Assembly: GCF_006345805.1 (NCBI RefSeq)
Contig: NW_021835812.1
Location: forward strand, 1-47,542
DNA from: Octopus sinensis
Lineage: Eukaryota
Direction: 5' to 3'
DNA: 47,542 nt
Shown here: piece by piece, positions 37,172 through 47,542 of the stretch
Layout of the letters: each line of letters begins with the position of its first letter
How positions within the stretch are numbered: position 1 is the first letter of the stretch
The notes under the pieces: generated by a model
The model's input: the letters and a program-made list of their open reading frames with translations, nothing else
Database searches by the model: none
What the model was told of the DNA's origin: nothing
Translations under genes and position numbers: made by a program

Positions 37172-37365
37172 AGGGAGAGTTTACGAAATAAACAAAAGAC
37201 GAAGACAGGTGGTGTAGAAAACAAACAGATGTATTAGTATAACGCTCAGGAATAGAAAAAGTATTTTACGTTTCGAGCCTACGCTCTTCTACAGAAAGGG
37301 GCACAGAAAAAAAACAAGGAGAGAAACAAGGAGAGAAAAAAATGTGTGTAGGGGCTAACGATCTA
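37172..37365 (-). mobile_element. PLE-like terminal-repeat fragment with minimal hammerhead-like module (37264-37297), between (TACA)n tracts
   Basis: Minus strand TTT-CTGTAGA-A-GAGC-GTAG-GCTC-GAAA-CG-TA-AAA; same family as 14042-14240. Confidence 0.7.
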
Positions 37366-38112
37366 TCATGGCGACTAACATACATACATGCATACATACC
37401 TACATACATACATACATACATACATACATACATACATACATACATACATACATACATACATACATGGAAGCATAAATACATATATGCCAGCATACATACG
37501 TAAATACAAGCTTATGTATATATGCGTGTATGTGTGTATGAGTGTGTGCGTGCGTGTGTGTGTTTGTGTGTATGAATGCATGTATATAACCTGGGTAAAT
37601 AAAACCTCATAGTGTCCTTTTCAAAGCTTCCCTCCGGGTATCGGCTACCAAATGCTATCAAACGATTGGAGATCTTCTGTCACTGCATATACCTAGAGAA
37701 GGCTGTAAATATCCGTAGAATTTTTGCAAAAATATTAATAACAGCAGATAGATTACACACACACACAGACACAGACACACACACACACACACACACTCAC
37801 ACACACACGCACACACGCACATGATTACACGCACATGATTATAAGGAGAAATATTTCCTCGAATGCATAGACTTCACTTTGAATTGCTGCAGATATATAT
37901 GTGTGTGTATATATATTATATGTATATATATATATTATATATATTATATATATATATATGTATGTATGTATTACCGTTTTTCTTTTACTAATTAGAAATA
38001 AGTCCTGGGGTCGATACATTCGACCGAATATTCTTCAATATTCAATATGGCCTCAGTATATATATAGATATATATATATATATATATATAGATATATATA
38101 ATATAATATATA

Positions 38113-38155
<43 letters not shown>

Positions 38156-38188
38156 GACTATAATATATATATATAATACATATATGTA

Positions 38189-38264
<76 letters not shown>

Positions 38265-38299
38265 AGATATATATATATATATTATATATATAGATATAT

Positions 38300-38410
38300 G
38301 TAGGTCCCGGGTTGAGTCGGGGTTAACCACAGTAAATAAGGTACTCAATACATAGCTTCCTGATGATTTCTTTTGAATGAACAGTTCTAGTCTTGTAGAA
38401 GCTCCTTCTA
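38300..38410. mobile_element. Unclassified about 110-bp element inside (AT)n; inverted copy at 45489-45618
   Basis: taggtcccgggttgagtcggggttaaccacagtaa and gaacagttctagtcttgtagaagctccttcta match the reverse complement of 45489-45618. Confidence 0.7.
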
Positions 38411-38443
38411 TAATATATATATAGATATATATATATATATATA

Positions 38444-38491
<48 letters not shown>

Positions 38492-38656
38492 ATTATAATA
38501 TATAATATATATATATGTTATATATGTATATATATATATATATATGTATGTATAGTGATAGTGTTTAACCTCTTGTTAAAGTTTCTTATGAATAACGCCA
38601 TGACTAATTCTATTTAAGTATCTTAGATTTATGAATTTAAAATGTATAAATAAATG

Positions 38657-39705
38657 TAGGAGTGGCCGTGTGGTGAGTAGCTTGCTTATGAATCATATGG
38701 TTCCGGTTTCAGTCGCACTGCGTGACACCTTGTCTAAGTGTCTTCTGCCAAAGCCTCGGGCCGGCCAAATCCTTGTGAGTGGATTTGGTAGACGGAAACT
38801 GAAAGAAGCCCGTCGTATATATGTATATTCGCCACACACCCAAACTCTACGCATACACACACGAACACACACATACACACACACAAACACACTACAAACA
38901 AAACACACACACGATACATATACATACACGCACACACACACACACATACTACATTGTACTGACCTGTGGCAAAGACAAAAACACCACTCCTTATTCTTAC
39001 AAACTAGCCAGGCACTAGCCTGTTGTTTACAGCTACAACCACACACACATACACACACACGCACACATATACACACACACGCACACACACACACACACAC
39101 ACACGTGTCATCATTGCACACATACACACACACATGCACACGCAGACCTCCGCGCACGCACACATCCACACTTACACACACATTAGCCCTCCTACATTCT
39201 GCTTTCTTTGACCATTCTACTCTTCTGTCTTTGAAAACTCTTCTGTCTTTGAAAACATCTTTCTTCACCCTTTCTCCTTCCGGTCTTTCAAAATGTGACC
39301 TCGTGTGTACCGTTGGCGATTTTTTCTCTCTGTCTTCTCTTCTCTGGATCTTTCCTTCTCCTATGTTTCCGACGAAGAGCTCCGCTCGAAACGTTAAACC
39401 CTCCTTCTTCCCTTCTTTGCTGAGCGTCCAATAATACTATATTTGTTCCACGTCCTCGCGTTGTTTTGTTTTTTTGTGTTTTCTTGTTTGGATTAACTAT
39501 ATATATATATGTATGTGCATTTGTTTGTGTGTCTGTGTTTGTCCCCCCCCCCAACATCGCTTGACAACTGATGCTGGTGTGTTTGCGTCCCCGTAACTTA
39601 GCGGTTCGGCAAAAGAGACCAATAGAATAAGTACTAGGCTTACAGAGAATAAGTTCTGGGGTCGATTTGCTCGGCTAAAAGCGGTGCTACAAATAAAAGA
39701 GTAAA
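38657..39705 (+). mobile_element. SINE family A with internal tract expanded to about 700 bp ((CA)n plus nested PLE-like element)
   Basis: Head 38657-38820, tail 39530-39705, same orientation and order. Confidence 0.7.
39185..39498 (+). mobile_element. PLE-like fragment with minimal hammerhead-like module (39365-39399), ending in (AT)n
   Basis: GTTT-CCGACGA-A-GAGC-TCC-GCTC-GAAA-CG-TT-AAAC; downstream ctgagcg..taatac layout parallels the 14042-14240 family. Confidence 0.6.
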
Positions 39706-40454
39706 ATAAATTGACCCAGAGAAGCCTGAATGCGGAATAATCAGAGAAAGGGGCCCAGAAGCGGAGATTTACCGTTTTATCCTCGTGTATATACCACACT
39801 ATATAATTCTTGATTTTAAGTGAAAAAATCTGGGTGCGGCTTATATACGAGTAAATACGGTAAATTCGGAAGAGAGAATGAGAGCTGGAGAAACCTAAGA
39901 TCGTGTTTCAAATGCTATTATCTATATTAAAGGCGAATAAACCCCAACCTGTCAAAGGACCCATAATTTTCTCACTTCGTGGATCCAAACATTGTTTAGT
40001 TCCATTTCCAGTTACAAGGGAAATAATTTTCTAGTTTAAACTATTTTTCCTCAGAATCTTTAACAAATTTCAGTATAAATGAAGAGAATAAGAAACGGTT
40101 AAAGAAGTTTATTAATAACAGATTTAAGTATTTAAATTACTAGTTAAAGCATAGCAGAATGGATAATTAAAGGTAATTAAAGTAGAATGTCTAAATATAG
40201 AAGGCATGTGATTAAGTTACAAATTAAATAAATATAGTATGAAGAGCCATGGGGGCTGGTTCTTTTGTATTTAAATTTATAAGCAAATTCTTGTGAAATT
40301 AGCCACATTGGACATCGTAAAGAATTTTAATTACATGTTGAAGATTTGTAGATGCAGATGATAATGGGAGAGTGCAGATTGGGAAAATGGCGAATAAATC
40401 TACATCGAGAAATTATATGTCAAAAATATAAAGGAAAATAGAGAATATCTTTTA

Positions 40455-40800
40455 GCATTTACTCGTTTCAGTCATTGGACTGCGGCCATGCTGGAACACT
40501 ACCCTGAAGAGCTTTTAGTTGACAAAATCGAAGCCCGTAGTTATTTTTTAAGCCTGGTATATATTCCATCGGTTGCTTTTTTGTCGCACCGCAATGTCAC
40601 ATGGACGTAAAGGAACAAGACAATGGTGGGGAGGGGCGCATGACATACATCAAGGCACGCACATGTACACACACACACACCAGGATTGTTCCAGCTTCTG
40701 TCTACCAAATCCACTCACACAGTTTTAGTTGGCCCGAAACTATAGTAGAAGACACTCGCATAAGGTGACACGAAGTAGGACTGAACCTCGAACCATGCGG
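40455..40800 (-). mobile_element. SINE family A, degenerate full length
   Basis: gtttcagtcattggactgcggccatgctgga...ccaaatccactcac...gaaccatgcg. Confidence 0.8.
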
Positions 40801-40959
40801 GTATCTTCCTTTTCTTGACCCCTTTGACTTGTGAGGCTGGTTACCCAATTTCCATTTGTGTATAAATGACAAGATCGCAACATACCCCTGAACGGGATGC
40901 TGGTTCATTTAAGGGTAGCAATTTTTTGGGGGGGAGGGGGAACAGGGGCAGGGGCAGGT

Positions 40960-41100
40960 TGACAAGTACTTAATTTCATCGACCTCAAACTGATGAAAGA
41001 CTAAGTTGACATGGGCGGTATTTGAACTCAGAACCTAAAGAGGTGGGGGAGACGTCGATGACCATTTTGTCCGATGTCTTAATTATTTTAGCAGCTGGCC
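40960..41100 (-). mobile_element. SINE family B, degenerate
   Basis: gtacttaatttcatcgacc...gatgaaag...tttgaactcagaac. Confidence 0.65.
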
Positions 41101-42084
41101 AGTCTTATCGTAAATTAATGTAATCAGTAATTAAAATATTTTCATTTAGCTTTATTATTATTTAAAAACAAAAATCCAAAACTAGTCTTTTTTAGTCAAA
41201 TGTGGAAATCCAGCCGGGAAGTGTAAAGAATGTCTGCTTGGGATTGGACCCTGTAAAAGAGGTACCAAGGGACACTATTCTCATAACCATTTCATGGTCT
41301 GTGGGTGGCGAACATTGATGAATGGATAGAATGAATATTAGGGAACTGACACGAGTTTTTAGAAAACAAAATTGGGGAAATATAACCGGGGGTATATTAA
41401 AACTACGATTATGCGGAGGGGGTAGTGTATTAAGTAGTTCTTACTAAAAATGAGCATAAACTAATATGTATATTGATGAATTGGTGGATATTGAACAAAA
41501 TAAAGGGTTAGTAAAAGATAAGATGTGTAAAAGATTAGCTTTAAAAGGTGTACAAATAGGGTTAAGGCGGAGACTTCGGCGGAGGAAGAATGGCAGGAAG
41601 CCCTTGTTTATGGTCAAATGTAAAATGGAATGGAACCTGTGATGGTTGGTTGCTTAGTAAATGGGTTTTAAAAGTTAGAGAAGGAGGGACTAAAAAAACT
41701 AACTTAACAAATACCAAAGTGTTAATTAAAACTAATAAATTTGAACAAAGTAAATTAATAACCATATTAACGAACGAGGAACAATGATTAATCCACTCTA
41801 GTATTAATTAGTGTTCTCCTACTCAACATATTAACGCTTCCAAATAATAACTATATTTTATAATAATAACAATATCATTATTATTATTGTTAATAATAAT
41901 AATAATAAAAATGATAATAATAACTACAATTATCATTATCATAATTATTATCACTATTATTGTTATGTTAGCACTGATGTTGACTACTTTTCCATTTCTT
42001 CATACTTCTGCAGGGGTGGCAGCGGTCACTGGGTACATTAAAGCAAAATTGGCGTGCCCGCATGCATGCAGGCACGTACGCATG

Positions 42085-42141
<57 letters not shown>

Positions 42142-42372
42142 CTACTTGAATGTAATATTAATCTAACTAATTAGTTTGCACCAACGAAGTACAACCACGG
42201 GTCCGTTATCTACCACTAAGTATTATCAATAATCATAATTGAAATGAATTAAGGAAACGGAGATAATTCGATTCGATCGAACTAATGAGAATACACACAC
42301 AGATTGAGGCATAATACTTACACACACACAACACATTTATGCATATATATATTTATATTTATATTCATAATA

Positions 42373-42417
<45 letters not shown>

Positions 42418-42419
42418 AT

Positions 42420-42600
42420 ACGCGTGTTTTCAGTGTATATATAAATCGTAGTCGCTGTCTTATGACGCAAAACTTAGCGGTTCAGTTCAAAGGGGCTGAT
42501 AGAATAAGTACCAGACTTGTTCGACTAAAACCCCATCAACTCGGTGCTCCATCATGGCCGTAGTCTTATGACTGAAACAAGTGAAAAGACATAAAAGATA
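42420..42600 (+). mobile_element. SINE family A, 3' half
   Basis: aacttagcggttcag...gatagaataagtacc...catggccgtagtcttatgactgaaacaag. Confidence 0.75.
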
Positions 42601-42619
42601 AAGTCCCCTTTACAAAGAT

Positions 42620-43440
42620 TAAAAGAAAAAACTACCCCGGTACCCAACAGGCAGGGCACCAAAAATACATACATTTACATACCACTATTCCAACTGTTAA
42701 ATCTCTAACGCCAAATTCTTCATCAAAGTTTCGATACCATGTCCCTTTTGGTCTCTCAAAAGCTTGGGAAAATCTAAAGACATACCATTGAAAAAATTCT
42801 TATCTGAACTCTTTGCATACATAAAAACATACGAGACATTTCAAACATTTTCAACCTCTTAATTTCCTTTATTATTCACATTAATCCTTATTTTTTCTTA
42901 TTCCACGTTCAACTCCAGAACATTCCTCACAAAATTTCTGTAAAATTTTCGCAATATAATTTCTTCTAAACACTAAAATTACTCTCTACTTGCCAGTATT
43001 TTTACTCCACCACTGACCAGATTTAACCAATTATTCAACATGCATTTCGATTAAGCTATATTACATATCAGTTCATTCCTTCCTAGTTGTCACTTCGATT
43101 TACAGCTTTATTCCTCTTTCTATAATTCCTTAGTCCCGTCTCTTACTCTACTCTGACTTATTCCATTATAATCACTTTCTCATTCCCTTTAATAACTTGC
43201 TCTTATCCCAAGTCAATTATTGTCCTTACCACTTTGCATGTATATTCTTCGCTTGAGAATTTTCTACGCCAAATTTTCACAATATCATCTTCGCTACGCC
43301 AATATCATTTCGCGCCTCACCATCAATCTCTTTAACTTCTTTAGAATTGACGGCGTCAGCTTTTATAAACTCATTTGTTATTCTGATATTTAGAATTACC
43401 CACGGACACTTATTGAGTTCTCTTGCCTTTCTTTCCTTCC
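42620..43440 (-). pseudogene. Decayed LINE (probably L1/Tx1-like) ORF2 reverse-transcriptase fragment
   Basis: Minus strand with stops and frameshifts: VKILASR (about 42985-43010), then YAKSSDKNFFNGM-SLDFPK(frameshift)AFER (42752-42780), matching the RT motif LDFxKAFDR. Confidence 0.5.
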
Positions 43441-43489
43441 TATAGACGACTAAGTGAAAACATTTGAAGTACATTTAATAAACGAATGT

Positions 43490-44076
43490 ATGTATGTATT
43501 TGTGTATTTGTGTATGTATGTATGTATGTTATGTATGTATGTATGTATGTATGTATGTATGTGGGTATACATGTATGTATATGTAAATACATAGCATATA
43601 CATATATATACATACATATGTAGACATATATACATATACACATACATTTACTTATATATACATATATATATATATATGGTATATAAGTAAGTATGTATAT
43701 ATATGTATATGTATATATATAATATATATATATATATAATTATATATATATATATATATATGTAAATACATAGTCGCATATATTTGTCTACACACACAAA
43801 CATATATATGTATTTGTGTGTGTGTGTATATATATATATAATATATATATAAAAGTATGGGTAGCATATGTATGTTTGTATAGGTTCGGATGCATGTGTG
43901 TGTTTGTTCGTGCGTGTATGTGTGTGCGTGTGTATATCTGTATATACACATGGTGCAGAAAATGAAGAAGAAAAATGCGGGTACGTGCCAACGGAGAGGG
44001 AAAAGAGGAAGTTAAAGAAGGCAGAGAATTGGACAAATACTTACATTCATACATTCATAAGTTCATACATCATATA

Positions 44077-44108
<32 letters not shown>

Positions 44109-44109
44109 G

Positions 44110-44141
<32 letters not shown>

Positions 44142-44153
44142 TTTTATATATTC

Positions 44154-44213
<60 letters not shown>

Positions 44214-44458
44214 TATGTAAAATATATATGTATACATATATACACATATGTATATATACATATATGCACATATATATATATAATATATTATATATATATA
44301 TATAACACATGTATATATATATAAATGTATATATATATAAATTATTTACACATATGCATATATACATAACTATGTACATATATGTGTGTATACATAAAAA
44401 CAATCATATATATGCATACATACGTATATACATGAAGATAAATAATATATATATATAT

Positions 44459-44494
<36 letters not shown>

Positions 44495-44540
44495 GGTGTG
44501 ATATATATAATATCTATATATATATTATATACATATATAT
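43490..44540. repeat. Two large (AT)n/(TATG)n/(GT)n compound microsatellite blocks
   Basis: Direct inspection. Confidence 0.9.
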
Positions 44541-45135
44541 ATACGAGAGAAAGAGAGAGTGAGAAAGAAAGAAAGAAAGAAAGAGAGATAGCAGGGGAGA
44601 GGTAGGAAGAAGACAAAGAGAAAGATGCCGAGATGAAATATATTCCGAAACAGGAAGAATCTACTTAGAAGGTAAGAATTACCATCGATGCTTGTGGAAT
44701 GCTTTTATTTGTTTGTGTTTTTTTTTGTTTTTATTTTTGTTCCCCACTCCACTCCATGCGTGACAGATGCAGTAAATGATTCGACTTTTCGTTGTCTTGA
44801 AGGTCATTCCTTAGACAGCTGTCTCGAAACGTCAACTCGAGATTCTAAGATTTCCACGTAAAACCCAAAAGTCTGTTGAGCTTTCTCTTACGTCAGAAAT
44901 GTTTTGTGTACACAGGACCAACATTTTAAATATAGACCGGCCTCATGTTTCATGTTTCGCTGTAAAAACGCTAACAACTGCTGAATCGTGTCTTTTGTCT
45001 TGTTCTACGATGCCTTAACATCGTCTTTTATTGTTTGTCTGCGTTACTTAACCAATATGATATTGTTGTTGTCGCTATCATCATCATCATCATCAATTGC
45101 AGTACTAGAAATATATGTAGCAACAGCAGCATTAA

Positions 45136-45197
<62 letters not shown>
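45136..45197. repeat. (TAG)n microsatellite
   Basis: Direct inspection. Confidence 0.95.
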
Positions 45198-45408
45198 ATA
45201 TTGTTAGTGTTCTTTTTATTTGTTTTGTATAGGCTAGATTGAACAATTTCATATTTAATCTATCTGATTAGCTGATAATCTGATAACGATTGTATTTCTA
45301 GAAGCGTTGTGCTTTATTTTAGCTCCCGTATCAACTGACATGTATCTCTCCCTTTCTCTCTCCTCCTCTCTCTCTCTCTCTCTCTCTCTGTATTTATACA
45401 CATACACG

Positions 45409-45457
<49 letters not shown>

Positions 45458-45488
45458 ACATATAATATATATATTATATATTATTATA

Positions 45489-45618
45489 TAGAAGGGCTCT
45501 TACAGGACTAGTACTGTTCATCAGAAACAGTACTAGTCTGTAGAACTCCTCTATATATATTAACTCTTATGTATATACTTACTTACTGTGGTTAACCCCG
45601 GATCAACCCGGGACCTAC
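45489..45618. mobile_element. Second copy of the (AT)n-embedded element, with its end folded back as a hairpin (45489-45553)
   Basis: tacaggactagtactgtt-catcag-aaacagtactagtctgta; cttactgtggttaaccccggatcaacccgggaccta. Confidence 0.7.
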
Positions 45619-45769
45619 ATATATATATATATATATATATACTCAAACACTTTTATATACACATAAACATGCAAACACATATCTATTTATATGTATATGT
45701 AAGTGTGTGCATATGTGTGTATGTGTGTGTGTGTGTATGTGTGTTTGCGTTTGTAAATATGTATTCCAC

Positions 45770-45900
45770 TTGTTTCAGGTACTAGACTGCGGACATGCTG
45801 GGGCATCACCTATTTTAAAACCTGCTGCATATTGTATCGAACTCGTTCTTTCACGAACCGCTTGATTACAGGGACGTAAACAGACCAACACCGCGTCGGA
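45770..45900 (-). mobile_element. SINE family A, 3' half, degenerate
   Basis: gtttcagg..gactgcggacatgctgggg...gaaccgct...ggggacgtaaac-like. Confidence 0.65.
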
Positions 45901-45974
45901 GAGCAAACACCAAGACGTGCATACATAACTATATATACATACCTACATACACACGCACACGCACACACACACGT

Positions 45975-46385
45975 GTGGTAAGAAGCTTGTTTTCCAGTCA
46001 CATGGTTCGGAGTTCAGTCCCACTCTGTGGCACCTTGGGCAAGTGTCTTCTACAATAGCTTCGGGCCGATTAAGCCTTGTGAGTGGATTTGGTTGACGGA
46101 AACTGAAAGAAGCCCGTCGTATAAATGTGTACATATATATATATGTATGCATGTATGTATGTATGTATGTATGTATGTATGTGTCTGTATTTGTTTTCCC
46201 ACCACCGATTGACAACCGGTCTTGGTGTGTTGACATCCCCGTAAATTAGCGGTTCGGCAAAAGAGACCGATAGAATAAGTACTAGGCTTACAAAGAATAA
46301 ATCCTGGGGTCGCTGTGTTACAATAAAAAACCCTTAAAGGTAGTGCTCCAGCATGGCCGCATTCAATGACAAACAAAAGAATAAA
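45975..46385 (+). mobile_element. SINE family A, near full length
   Basis: gtgtggtaagaagcttg...gaaagaagcccgtcg-(TATG)n-...gtgctccagcatggccgc. Confidence 0.9.
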
Positions 46386-46441
46386 CGAACAATATAACAT
46401 ATGCATACACATACATACATACAATATATATGTAATATATA

Positions 46442-46479
<38 letters not shown>

Positions 46480-46483
<4 letters not shown>

Positions 46484-46630
46484 CCTTTCCGTCTGCCAAA
46501 TCCATGACGAGGCCTGGTCTGTCTTGGTCTGCTCGGGGCTATAGCAGACCACATTGCCTAACGTGCCACGTAGCCACGCAGTGAACTGAACCCAGGACTG
46601 TGTGGTTGGGAGACAAACTGCTTACCATGC
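46480..46630 (-). mobile_element. Degenerate SINE family A head
   Basis: tttccgtctgccaaatcc...ggggctatag...gaactgaaccc...cttacca. Confidence 0.6.
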
Positions 46631-46857
46631 AACAAGACTTACCCCAATATAAACATGATTATTCTACAATTTATAAGCGTCCTCATGAACCAAAGATAAA
46701 GTACTCAATACGTCGCATTCAGTGCATGTATTTTATTTATCATAATATCATTTGCGATATAAATAGTATTACATTTCCAACAAAATATTTTCATTCGATA
46801 ACGCAACATGCCTCAGGGTATTGCTACCTCTAGCATCAAGTTCATATTAGCGAACCC

Positions 46858-46859
<2 letters not shown>

Positions 46860-46924
<65 letters not shown>

Positions 46925-47006
46925 CTCTATCTATCTACCTACCTACCTACCTACCTACCTATCTACTATCTATCTATCTATCTCTCTATCTATCTATCTA
47001 TCTATA

Positions 47007-47038
<32 letters not shown>
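46860..47038. repeat. (TATC)n/(TACC)n microsatellite
   Basis: Direct inspection. Confidence 0.95.
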
Positions 47039-47042
<4 letters not shown>

Positions 47043-47475
47043 AGTAATGATAAACTGAATTTTCACATGGGACCACAGACTTCAGATAAATTAACCTCAT
47101 AATCCATATTTGGGTCAGCAAACTAATATGTAGAATTTATGCTGCGATGCGCTGCTCCTCGACCTCTGCAAGTCCACCCTGGGCCCCTCCACCCATTCCC
47201 TATAACTAAAAAGTTTAGAGGTTTAGCAAGTGTTGCTTGAAGTCAGTTCTACCAACCTCCAGTACTTCACCGTTACTTTATTCTATCGTTCCTGGGGAGA
47301 TATAAAGGTAAAGATAAACCCGGCGGGATTTGAACCCAGAACTTAAAGAGCCTATTACTAATACCGTAAGTCATTTTGTCCGATGCTCAACCGATTCTTT
47401 GATCCTCTTCTATTTTGACCGAAGTATTCATTGTCATTTCCAATTCACTGATTGCTCTCGATAATTTGTCAGCTT

Positions 47476-47542
47476 AAGGCGGTGAGCTGGCAGAAACGTT
47501 AGCTCACCTGCCAGGCGAAATGCTTAGCGGTATTTCGTCTGA
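47476..47542 (+). mobile_element. SINE family B head, truncated by window edge
   Basis: aaggcggtgagctggcagaaacgttagc...aaatgcttagcggtatttcgtctg. Confidence 0.85.

Noticed and set aside
44775-44840. agacagctgtctc-GAAACGTC as a hammerhead
   Set aside because: No acceptable CUGANGA core at the right position
894-47047. Numerous long ORFs rich in HT/YI/VC/LSIY repeats (for example 7878-8813, 18192-19373, 35430-37237)
   Set aside because: They are translations of (CA)n, (AT)n, (TACA)n and (TATC)n, which lack stop codons in several frames

Overview
AT-rich, microsatellite-saturated, non-coding eukaryotic DNA. The repeat landscape (tRNA-headed SINEs starting aggcgcaggagtggctgtgtggtaag and aaggcggcgagctggcagaaac, vast (AT)n/(CA)n/(TACA)n/(TATC)n tracts) looks like an octopus (coleoid cephalopod) genome; this is an inference from recalled repeat families. 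I recognise no host protein-coding gene, and nearly all ORFs in the track are translated microsatellites. Real coding remnants are all transposon-derived: a mariner transposase 5' part (24.5-25.4 kb), the 3' end of an L1/Tx1-like LINE (17.6-18.4 kb) and a decayed LINE RT (42.6-43.4 kb). The most interesting signal is about a dozen minimal type I hammerhead-ribozyme-like modules (CUGANGA...GAAA...NUH, often with a palindromic, loop-less stem III). They sit in short elements that mostly end in (TA)n-type microsatellites, as expected for Penelope-like element (PLE) terminal repeats. Several form inverted pairs whose 3' ends face outward, including a 415-bp palindrome (15204-15618) and a 665-bp inverted repeat (34317-34981) with a ribozyme-like module in each arm. 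One module is fused behind a tRNA-like SINE head. Ribozyme folds were assigned by eye; no activity or database evidence is available. Coordinates of SINE and microsatellite edges are approximate.
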